NCBI GenBank assembly: GCA_019828565.1
Contig: JAHDYR010000064.1
Location: 1-64,000, forward strand
DNA length: 64,000 bases
Direction: 5' to 3'
From: Carpediemonas membranifera BICM
Lineage: Eukaryota > Protista > Fornicata
Shown here: positions 36,526 to 46,989 of the stretch, one piece after another
Layout: each line of letters begins with the position of its first letter
Position numbering within the stretch: position 1 is the stretch's first letter
The notes under the pieces: model-generated
Seen by the model: the letters and a program-made list of their open reading frames with translations, nothing else
Told to the model about the DNA's origin: nothing
The model's database searches: none
Program-made: the position numbers and the translations under genes

Positions 36526-36736
36526 CGAATGTGATGAGGTGGCGGCTCATGATGGAGGAGCACCAGTTCAAGATAGTTCACCTACCAGGACGAGACAACC
36601 GAGTCGCGGATGCACTCTCAAGGCTGGTCAAGCCCGAGACTATGGCAAGTCTGGAAGAAGCGGGCTTCGATTCATGGTTCGCGAGGGCACACGGTGGCAC
36701 CAACGGGCACCGTGGGGTGTACGAGACGGTACGACT
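36526..36736 (+). pseudogene. Gypsy G5 continuation (RNase H end, start of integrase HHCC)
   Basis: MRWRLMMEEHQFKIVHLPGRDNRVADALSR...AHGGTNGHRG. Confidence 0.85.
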
Positions 36737-38948
36737 TGACGCATCACCTGATTAAAACGAATTCTCGAATACCCGTCGTTTACGCCACAGTGATTAATCA
36801 CTCCCTATGGCTACGAAATTCGACGTAAGTTCCCTTCCACTGCTCAACTCCGCCGCGAAGGAATACAAGCGGGAACTTCCTCATGCAAGATTTCCTACAT
36901 CGTTCCTCAGATGCCTAAGCATCAGCTCGCAGGAGTTCTTACGGGCCAATTGGAGACCCACCTCTGATTATAAGACCTTCGAGGACCTAGAAGACGATGT
37001 ATGTCCCGATGTGGTAATCCGCAGCGCCATTAGGCGCGAGATGAAGCTCTCACTTCCCATCACGCCCCCAAGCACCTCCACGCCACCCCCAAGCAGGCAG
37101 TAGCCCGTCTAACCGCCGCTCTCGAAGAAGACCTGTTTATGCTCGCTGAAGCGGCGGCCGCGGCCTTTCCTGAAGGCCCGATGGCCGCGGCTGCACAGCG
37201 CCGCGCAGAAGCCGTATTCACGGCTGCAGTAGCCGAGATCGACCACAACGCCCCGGTTTATGTGCCCCTCATCAACAAGTTCAACCCAGATGTCCCCCTC
37301 CGCGACGACGAGTACGTCGCCGAGGTCAACGCAGCCCTGGCCCCACCCAAGCCGGCCGATGACGAGGCTGCCGCCACCAACAACTCCGACACGTCCAGTG
37401 ACGAGTCCGACTGGGACGACGTCACCGACATTCGCGCCTACCTCCATGACGAGGCCGACGACATCGTAGCCGCCTGCTCCGTCACACTCATGCCGTCCCT
37501 GGACGTCGGCGCGCGCATCAAGTCCATCAACCTTCCCGGTGCACTCTATGGCAAAGCATCCAAACATCGCTCAACTATTGCCGCTTTGCGCGAGTTCATC
37601 GATCTCGTGAACACTGATGCTTCTGCTCCTGCACTGCAAGCCATTCCTTGGAAGGTTCTCGCCGCAAGAGTCAGAGAGCTTGCACTTAAGGGATTCTCCG
37701 CCGAAGCAAAGGACTATTTCGACTCCTACATCATAGATGATGCAGAGGACATCGATGACGTCCTTGATAACCTTAGGGACCTCAAAGAGGACCACGACGG
37801 TTACATCTTCGTTCCTTGGAGAGCATTCCGCACCGGCCAGCCCCCGCAACCCCACGGTGAGCAAGCGACAGGCGGATCCCGCACACGCAAACCCATAGCC
37901 CGCAAGATCAGCGGCCCAGACCCGTATGTCCAGCTGAAAGACAAGGCGAACTACTACATCAACCCCACCTTCCGCCACTTCTGCGACTACCACGGATACA
38001 ACTCGTCCCACGTCACTCAGGCGTGCCCTCATCTGAAGACACAGCGCAGTGCCGCCCCCCAACCATCGCGTCCTATTCAACCAGCTGTTGTGGGTGCCAA
38101 GCCCAAGAAGGCCCCTGGCCACCACAACAACCCTGACCGACCTGCAACAACGACCACCCAAGCGCCCAAACGCAACGCGAGAGCCCCTAACCCAGCGGCA
38201 GGCTGGACGCGAAACAAGGAGACGAACCGGCTCGAGCGCCTCAGTCAATCCATCAACGAGGTCGACATAGACGCCGAGTCCGACACCGATGAGTCAATCG
38301 ACGAAGTCGACACGTCAGCGCAGCGCGAAAACATCGGTAAGCCGATCTACCACGACATCCTCGTCAACGGCACGAGACTGCGGGCGAAGCTCGACCCGGC
38401 AGCCGCCAAGACCTGTATCTCGGAGGCCACGTTCGCCACGCTGAAGGAGGCCGGCCCTGTAATGATCACAAATCATGCTTACACGCTGAAGATGGCCGAC
38501 CAGCGACCTTGCGAGGACACCACCGCCGTCATAGCCGAGCTCGTTATCGACGGCATCGTACCAAACGCTGTCGAGCTGACGTGGACCGTACCAGTCATCT
38601 CCGGGGAGGCCCACAAGTTCCTGTTCGGGGCAGACCTCCTCCGGCACCTAGGCCTCATGTCGGACACGGGCATCAACATTCAGCTACCACCGTCAGCGGA
38701 GGACCCCGCCGACGATGTCACACCGGCCCAGAATCAATACATCGACGAGGTTGACTCGGAGACTGACGACCTGCCGGACGACGTCTCGTCCTTCGCCACG
38801 CCAACCTTCGACATTGACCCCTCGTTCCCTCTACACGACGAGCTACTCGCTGTGCTCCAGGCCAACGCCGACGTCTTCGACCCCAAGCTGCCTCTCGGCG
38901 GCGCCGACATCGCGGAAGCCACCATTGACCTGAAGCCGGACGCCATTC
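36737..38948 (+). mobile_element. Gypsy G6 5' fragment: LTR end (CCACA 36785-36789), palindrome 36789-36802, gag-protease from 36807
   Basis: Gag with CxxH..H..C knuckle (CDYHGYNSSHVTQAC), protease-like ILVNG..AKLDPAA..FLFGADLL, pre-RT DVFD..IDLKP; frameshift ~37085. Confidence 0.75.
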
Positions 38949-38950
38949 TG

Positions 38951-40208
38951 TGTCAGCGCGGCACTTCAATCAAATATTTATTTGATTGATGATCCGATCC
39001 GATCCCCGGGCAGGGTCCCGAATCGTCTTTTTGTTTTGCTTTTAAAGCTTCACCCCCCCGTTTCGTCTGCGAAACGAACAGTATTAATACTAGTTTGATG
39101 CAGAACGTTCCTGTGCCGGTTCCTAAACTAGCACTACAAGAATTGAGCCCAAAGACCTGGGCCAACTTCAAGAGAACGATGATCCAGTTCAAAATCTTCT
39201 ACCCCGCAGCCACATACGCTGCCTTCCTAGACGCTGAACTCCAAGGTGCCCTAGAGGTCCAGCACAACGTTTCGCTGGCCTCCCAGTCCGACGACGACGT
39301 AATCCGCTGGGTTAACCAGCTTTTGGCGCCCCGAGACCCTCAAGACCTCCGCCTCCGTCTGGAGGCCGTGAAGTGCCAGGTGGATGCGAACCACGCCGTG
39401 TCGCGCGCCAACCTTATCCGAGCTTATGCTCGTGCGTTTACAGATGTCCTGGGCTCTGCGGAGTTCATGGCCACCCCGCCAGCTACCCCTGAGGCGGACG
39501 AATCCATCCTCGCCGGGAACACTGACGGCACCGAACCAGAGCCCCCGGCCGATACCACCGTTCCGGCCGCCAGCGAGACCACGTCGGCCTCTCGGGCTCA
39601 TCAGCGCATCTTTGCGCAGGGCTTGAGGCCCGCCGCCTTCAGAGATGCCGTTGACTATGCCCAACGTGTAGAACGTCCGTCCTCTCTGCAGGACCTCATC
39701 CAGCTAACTCTCAAGATCGCGGACGAAGATGACGAGGCCCGCGAGAAGGCCCAACGCTTCGGATACTACGCGGGTCGGGGCCATGCCCCCACTGGGCCGC
39801 AGCGTCAGGGCCCCATAACCCCCTATCGTCCCAAGCCGCTGACCGGACCCAACCCGGGCCGCCAGGATCAGCCGCGGAATAATCCCGACCAGAGACGCCA
39901 GACCTTCGCCCAGCCACGCGAATCCCCTGGAAATTTCAGGGCTCCCGATTATCGCGCAGGCCGCAGAGCATGGAACCGAGAGAATGGATCCCTTCGCCCC
40001 GCCAGAGGCAACACCGCTCGCCAAAGTGCCCCTCGCGTGGTGAACACCCTCGATAATGGAGAACAGGTCGAAGATCATGAGGTTTTCCTCTTAGACGGTG
40101 ATACCTCCGCGTCCACGGGACCTCTTACCGTGGAAGCCGCGATCGGTGACATTTCTATGCGCGCCATCATCGATACCGGTGCTTCCGTCACGTGTATCAC
40201 CGAGCCTC
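38951..40208 (+). mobile_element. Gypsy G3 5' part: probable LTR (~38951-39080), palindrome 39080-39091, gag and protease N-half (ATG 39098)
   Basis: TG..CA segment with hairpins, gag-like ORF, IIDTGASVTC interrupted by family B. Confidence 0.82.
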
Positions 40209-40524
40209 CCAGTTAAAATGTCCGGTATGGAAAGTTGGAATCACCAACCGGAACAAAGCCAAGCGCCGAGGAATGATAGCCATTGGCGATTCTTTCGAGG
40301 TTTATAGAGCTCAAAACAGAGCGGCGGTGACCTATAGCGCGGAATGCCACATTTTGGTCAATTCAGCATCGGGAGTTCTCCTGCTCGGGGAATACCAGCA
40401 GGAACAGCATAACTCTTTACCACTTCTACCCATAGGGCGCACGAGGCCTCTCTCTAGCCTCCTCGATGAGATCGCCTGAGACCAAGTCAAACGGAAGCGA
40501 AACGGGCCGGTGGCAGAAAACTGG
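40209..40524 (+). ncRNA. Conserved 316-nt structured RNA at the 5' terminus of family B
   Basis: CCAGTT...AACTGG closing helix; TCCGGT/ACCGGA, GTTGG/CCAAC, GCTC/GAGC and TCCTGCT/AGCAGGA helices shared with family A. Confidence 0.6.
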
Positions 40525-41012
40525 AAGATGCGAGCGCCGGAGGCACGAGCCGTCGCCCTGAAACCACCCTGCCTGCCTTGTATAACCCGCTAGCGGACGG
40601 GCGCTGTGCTTGGGTTGGTTCTCTGTGCTCCCTAAAGTGCACCCTCTGGGGCAACGAAACCCGTATGGGCATGGAGCCCCCGGTGAGCGGTCTGATGGGA
40701 TATTACCATCCAAAAGACCAAGGGAAGCTTACCGCCCGGACGTTCCTCAACCCACAGGGCAAAGAACGTCCAGAGGAGCCCCCAGCAACATGCCAAGGGC
40801 CCTCACCACTGCAACCAAGCCGAAACCAAGGTATGAACTCATGAATTTAGTAGGAATGACGCGCAACTGGAGGGAAACCCAAATGGCGCCCTGTGGCCGC
40901 GCTCCCCGCTGGGAGAAGGGGAGAATGCCGGGGCCCAGCAACCCGAGTGGTAGGCAGATACCGCAAGGAACAGCAGCAACATGGTCTCAACCCCCCATTC
41001 AACCCTGGGTGT

Positions 41013-41791
41013 TTACTGAGGAGTCCCGGCGCCCAGGAACTCCACTGAGGGGCTTCCGTCGGCAAGGAAATGGGAAACCGAAGGGACATACTGCCTAAGG
41101 GCCCGCTCAAGAGCGCCCCTGCTGCTGCGATACATAACCATCTGGGACTGAGAAGTGCGCTGGAATGCCAAAATGGCCTGTAGGTTCTCGACAGGCTGAT
41201 CCTCGTCGGTCCCCTCATGGAGCATGTCCACGAAGGCATAGGCACACGAGTGCCAGTCCATGGCGATGCGATCCAAAGTGCTGAGAGCGTCGAGGGCTGA
41301 CGCAAGTGGAGCCACAGGCTGACGAACGGTGCGAGCCCCAGCTGGGGAGGAAGCCAATGGCGTGACAAACGGGGCAGCGCCCTCGCCGTTGTGAGGACCG
41401 GGGGAAGCAGGGGACCGGGCCAGCTGGAGGCGGCGGGGGACGGCTTTCCCCTGGAAGGAGCGGAAGAGTCGGCGTTGAGGACTCCTGAGGCCCCATCCCA
41501 CCAGGTTGGGAGCAGAGGCGCGGGCGCTGCGGGAGGAAGGCAATGCCAATGACCCGGGGGCAGCTCCTCCACAGAGGACGATGTGGTGGAAGAATCCGAC
41601 CCCCAGCCCTCTCTAGGGGTCTGGGGCTCCGCCGCGGCAATGCCTGGGCCTTGGAGGTGATCGGCATGAGGGCCAAGAGGGGAATCAGGTACCTTAGAAG
41701 GCTGAACCTTAGCTGCGGCAATGCCTGGGCCTTGGTGGTAGTCGCCAGGCGGGCTAATGGGTGTAACAGGAACCAAATGTGGTGAACTCAT
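41013..41791 (-). CDS. Antisense ORF within the family B 5' leader (frameshifted; Pro/Ser-rich N-terminus, helical C-terminus)
   Basis: Protein-level match to 10723-11371; ATG at 41791 inferred. Confidence 0.65.
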
Positions 41792-41952
41792 ATTATGGCT
41801 ACAAGGTTCGCAACCGACCCCGCATCTCAGGCAATAGGCCACACCTCCCCGCCCCTGCTCGGAAAGGCCAACGTGCAACGCCACAAGGCTATGGTGTGAT
41901 CAGGTGATGGAGCACTAAAATGCACACTCCTCATCCGAGCCACCGGCCGGCA

Positions 41953-44900
41953 ATGGACGCGTTTCCCAGGAACCCACAGGGCGGGTACGTTGCCCGAGCA
42001 GAAGATCTCCTCCCCGAGCATCCCATAGGGCCTCCTCTACGCAAGGAGCGCACGAGAACCGAGAAAATCGCCGACTTGATCCGGATGTACGGCGACCTAA
42101 AAGGGTATAGCAAGATAAAGGATCCCTTCCCCCAGGAGTGGATCACCAGCTACAGTGGTGGCAGAATCCCAGCCGAGAAAGGGAAATAACGGCTACCCAA
42201 ATGCTAGAAAATGACATCCTGCTATACCACTACGCCCTGATAACCGGAAGGCCATGGTGGGTAAGCCAGGCGGCCTGGAAAATCCACCGCGAGGACCAAC
42301 AGCGCCGGCCACTGCCCCGATGCGGGCCGGCCTTCGTGATGTTCACCTCCAAGGCCGATTACTCCCTGACCCCGGGTTTCCCAGCCTACGAGCGCCGGCA
42401 ACGGCGCCTACAGGCGAGGCGGGCAGGGAGGGCTCCCCCTCCGGGGGATTCATGCCGACTTTCCCCCTCCGACTTTTCGAGACCAATTTCGGCCACAAAC
42501 ACAAAGTTCCCCCAACAAGCCATGGGCCGGGGGAATGATGTAGACGAAGCTGGAACAGAGCTCACCAAGCTTGGAAAACGCTTAGCTACGACCGAAGAGT
42601 GGCAAAAAGTCCGAAGAGCAGCCGATTCCATCCTCGCCAAGTGCAACAACACCACAGTGATCTTCTCGAGGGATAACGCCGCCAACTTCAAGGTATCAAG
42701 CCCGCCACCGGCTAGATCCTTGCTGTTCGAGCTAGTTGCCAGCACTCTCAAGGCCGCAGGTCACCAAAGCCTCACAGGGCCTGGGATCAGGACAAGGTTC
42801 GGCCAGCAGAGCGCCGCCTGGCTCCTCAAGGCAGGCGGCCAAGCCACAGCCGGCTCAGCGAAAGCGCCAGGTGCGGACAGAGCCCACAACAACGTCAACA
42901 ACAAGTGGGCGGCCCTAGGTCGGGCCTGGGAGGATGCCCCCGTCCCCCTTAGCCCCAGACCCCCAGCAGGAGGCTTCCCCCCCTTGACGGACAGGCCGTC
43001 AAGCCCTGGGAAGGTGGCATGTTCTCCGCGATAGCTGTCTACAGCAGGACCGATGGGGTGACCAGACCTGTGTTGGTTAGCAGGACACCCACGGATTCAG
43101 CCCTCAACATTGCCGGCGACGAGCTAGCGCGCAGTGAGGCCGAAGACTTAGTGCTTCGCTGGACGGTTCCGGGCTTCAAAGAGCTGTGGGCCGCATGGGA
43201 TACTACTACCCGGCCAATGCCGGCCCCTGAGTTCATCCACCCGGACCTCTGCGACGCTTCCACCCTCGTTAGCAGGATCGCAAACATCTGGATGGCGGAC
43301 CAGGGTACCAAGCTGCTCGCCACCGAATCCACAGGGGACGGCCCGCCCAAGGGCAACGAGCAAACCGACAACCCACCCCACGAGGGCAACCCGGTCACCC
43401 CCCCACCGAATAATGGCAGAGCAAGTGCAGGTGATAGCCCGCCCAACGGCGGCCCAAGGACGGACCCACCCACCAGGGGCAACCTGGGGGTTGCCCCGCA
43501 CAACGGCGGCGACCCGACCACTGGCCAACCCAACATGGGCGATCCAGTCGCCCCCTCGTTCATTGGGGGCGAAGCAGGTTGGAACCCAACTAGCGGGGGG
43601 AACCCCGCCACCATGCCCAGCGGCGAAAGTGCGGGCTCGGAGACCGGGGGTACCCAAGATGGCCCCCGGCCCAACGCCGACGACTCGGCCAGAAGAGTCC
43701 CTGGCAGTGATAGTGACGTCAACCCGCCAAGGGGTAGAGAACTGTCAGCCAACAGCAGACTCCCCCCGTCCTGCCCGCTCACCAACCCGCAGGGCAAGAG
43801 GATGCTGATCGGGTGCATTGACTTCGAAGCGTCCAAACCCGCATCCAAGGCGGGGGATGAGGCCGTCATATGCGAAGGGGCGGTCATAGTCTTTGACCCC
43901 GCCAACGGGAATATCGTCGCCAGTCTGCACGGGATGTTAGGCGAAGATATTCGGGTGGCCGACCTCGACCAGGCTCTGATGAGCTCAAGAATTCTCCACG
44001 GTTGCCCCCCAGCCACCTTCGTCGACATCACCACTGGGCAGGCCCCCCAGGGATTCGAAAGCACATTCCCAAACAGCACCACATGGTGCGCGGAAATGAT
44101 CGATGCCCTCCGGCGTCTCGAAGGACACCATAACGCGTTCATCCACCTGACTGCCAAAGGGGTGGAAGCTGAACGAAGTGTCCTCACGAGCGCCAAATAC
44201 GTACCGGATTCCACGGCCAGGGCATGGGTAGCCACCCACCTAATCGATGAAGCCGGCCTAGATGCGGTGTACCCCCGTCTCAATAGCACCCTCACCCTCT
44301 TCTACCCCCCCTCCCAGGAGGACCGCCCGGTCCGAGAGACCCTCCCACAGGAGGACCAGAAGGCAGCCGAGCAGGCCAAGGTCTGGACCCGCGACCAGCA
44401 AAGGAGAAGGGAACCCAAGGGGCTGTGCCCCTACCACAGAAACGCACCAGCCTACTGTCACTGTGCGCTTGCGGATGTATCGCTCTTCTACACAAGACTC
44501 TCCCTGGCCATCCACATGCTGTATAACCCGTGGACCTGGGCTGATGTGGGAGCGGAACTAATCGCACGAGGAGGGGGAAAGTGACGGGGGCACAAAGCCC
44601 CATCATTAGAGTAGGACACGGGGTCCCAGACCTGGCTGTAGAGATCAACCGCCATAGAGGGCGAGAGGTCATCACACCCCTGGGGCAACTACAGCACGTG
44701 ATCTTTACCACCAAGCCGCGTCCGAAGGAAATCCACATGGCCAACACGACCGCGCAAGAGTTCAGCACAGGAAAAGGAATCCTAAGGGTCCTTGAAAGGA
44801 GGGGCGTAGCCGTTCTCAGCCCGGACTCCTGCCCAAGCACGAGACCCCTGGTCGTGGAGCTCCTATCCGAGTGGAACGGTAGGCGCCGCGTAGCAAGGGA

Positions 44901-46262
44901 GAAGGGCTACTGGCCAGACTTCTATGGCAACCGTACCACCCTGGACCCCCAGGGTCATGGAGCAACTCCCGGTCAAACTCCACCCCGAGCTCCTGACCCT
45001 ATCCCAGGCAGCCTCGCTGGTCCCGCTCCATAAGCATGACATGATGCATGGGGGCTCAGCCCAGCAGCTGAGACACCGGCTCACCCACTGCCTGGTGAAC
45101 ATCGGCGATAGAGCACCAGCGGGCGTCCCGAAACTCATCGTAAGCGCGGAACTCCGGCGCCAAGATAGAGGGCCCAGGCATTATGTCAACTTCTTCCCCT
45201 CGGTTCTTCCCCTAGACTGGGGCATCCGCACAGTAGAACAAGGAGGGGAGCCTGGAAGACGCCGCCCGAGCGCCTTGGGCGAACCCCAATACGACGGCAC
45301 CCTGGCCCTGGGATGCAGTCCCATGATGAGACTACCCCCCATCCGCCTGTGGGACTTCCCGTACACCCAGAACAACGACGGGCACAGGTCGCAGCGAGAG
45401 CAAAAAGAGGCTGTGACCGCGGCAAGGGCCGCGCTTAGAGCCTGCCTCGAAGAGCACCGGGAGAGGCTCACCAACGAGATTCACCAAGGCATGGAGTGGC
45501 CGGCCCTAGGGCTGCTTGAGGGCCCGCTCACCGAGAACCGACAGGTCCCCACCCCGAACCCATCTCAAAGGAAGGTGAACGCCACCCCCTCCCCCAGCAG
45601 GCTCCAAGGGGAAACAAACCCCACCCCGAACCCGCGCCAGGTAACCCCCGCCCACCCCACCCCAAGGGCAATCATCACCCCTAATGCGCACCAGGTAAGC
45701 CCTGCTTACCCCACTCCCAGAGGAATGAACCCCCCACCCGGCCCCGGGACAGGCGATCCTCACGCCTCACAAAGAGGCCAACCCCCCGGCGATGCCTCTG
45801 AGCCAGGCTTTCGAGCACCGGCCCCCGCCGGGCGGCCCCGAAGGGAAGAGGCCCCCAAACCCAAGACTGGGCACGGTCGATCAGATGGGTGCCTACATCC
45901 AAGCCCTCTTCCAAGCGGAGGTGGAGCGAAGAGCTGAAGAAGAGCGGCAGCGGACCATGAGCCATTACGAAGAGGAAGTCTCCCGGCTGAACAACGAGGT
46001 TGCCCACCTCCAAGGCCAGCTGGCCAAGGAAAGGGAAGCCCTAGCAAGAGGAGCGAGCGAGCGCCAGCGCCTCCAGCGCATCGCCGAGAAATCGGAGGCC
46101 TTCAAAAGAGCCAGCCTCAGGCTCCGTGAAACAAACAGAGTCCTCGAGGCCAGGCTTGAGGAGGCGCTTGCCGCCGCCAACGGAAGCGACGAGGAAGAAG
46201 AGCTCCTACGCATCGGAATGGAGCACGAGAGCGACGAACCAGATCAAGAGATGCATGAGTAA
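41953..46262 (+). CDS. Family B ORF1, ~1430 aa (frameshifted), with DEDDh exonuclease-like domain and C-terminal coiled coil
   Basis: Consecutive ORF pieces colinear with family A ORF1; breaks lie mostly at homopolymers and partly differ from the second copy. Confidence 0.82.
43802..44490 (+). other. DEDDh exonuclease-like domain with Zn site in family B ORF1
   Basis: IDFE...ICEG...ILHG...TAKGVEAER...CPYH...HCALAD. Confidence 0.78.
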
Positions 46263-46431
46263 CGAGCCATACCAAAGCAGTGGAGGGAAGAGTGCAGAGT
46301 CTAAAGGGATGTGTATATATAGCACGTTAGTGTAGGACTAGGTGAAGTGAAGGCGCCGGAATAGGTGCAGCGTTGGAGCCCGCCAGAAGGGCTGTACTGG
46401 CGCCAATGCCCGGGTGACTTTTCTTTTCTTA

Positions 46432-46575
46432 AAACCCCTGTTCCCCGCAGGGACCGGGGGGCGGGTAAGAGGCAGTTGGAACGCCATCGAGGACCCGCCT
46501 GTCCGGCAGGCTGGAACTCCAGCCTTGGGAGGGGCGCCGAAAGGAGTCGCTCCCACCTATGCGTAGTTAGGTAAC
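46432..46575 (+). ncRNA. Conserved inter-ORF structured RNA (family B)
   Basis: Homologous to 6285-6425 with covarying stems. Confidence 0.6.
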
Positions 46576-46989
46576 GATGCTGCCAATGTGCGAGGCCAGA
46601 AGCGCTATAGAGACTGGCACGAAAGTCCCGACAAGCACCGCGAGGGCGCGGCCAGTGAAAGGGGTGGTACACCCTAGGTCAGCTCCAAGAGGGAACCTGG
46701 GCCACGTCTGGGGACTCTGGAGGAAGCAGCCGTTCTGGCCAAGCACCCCATGTGAATGGCGCATGCTTCTGGGTCCTGGAGAAATATCAAGGGCAAAGAA
46801 GACGCCTACCCGGGCCGCCCACCAACAACCCACAGGGCGGGAAGCGGCCCACCCAACGTGCTAAACAACGACGACATAGGCGCTCACCCATTGGGAAGGC
46901 AACTTTGCAGATGCTAAACCCCAACAACAAGATGAAAGTGTGCAGGTAGTGCAGAATAAGGAGTGCAGGTTAAGGCAGTAACAACCTGA

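Noticed and set aside
40430-40480. AGCCTCCTCG resembling the HDV ribozyme P3/L3
   Set aside because: The P3 partner is not complementary, and the homologous family A segment is a simple hairpin without the motif.
43039-44295. 418-aa antisense ORF and many similar shadow ORFs
   Set aside because: They mirror GC-rich coding strands and show no independent conservation between families, unlike the leader antisense ORF.
43802-44490. Endogenous arenavirus insertion
   Set aside because: No NP core, glycoprotein or L polymerase is visible; the domain is embedded in a retrotransposon ORF1 in two families.
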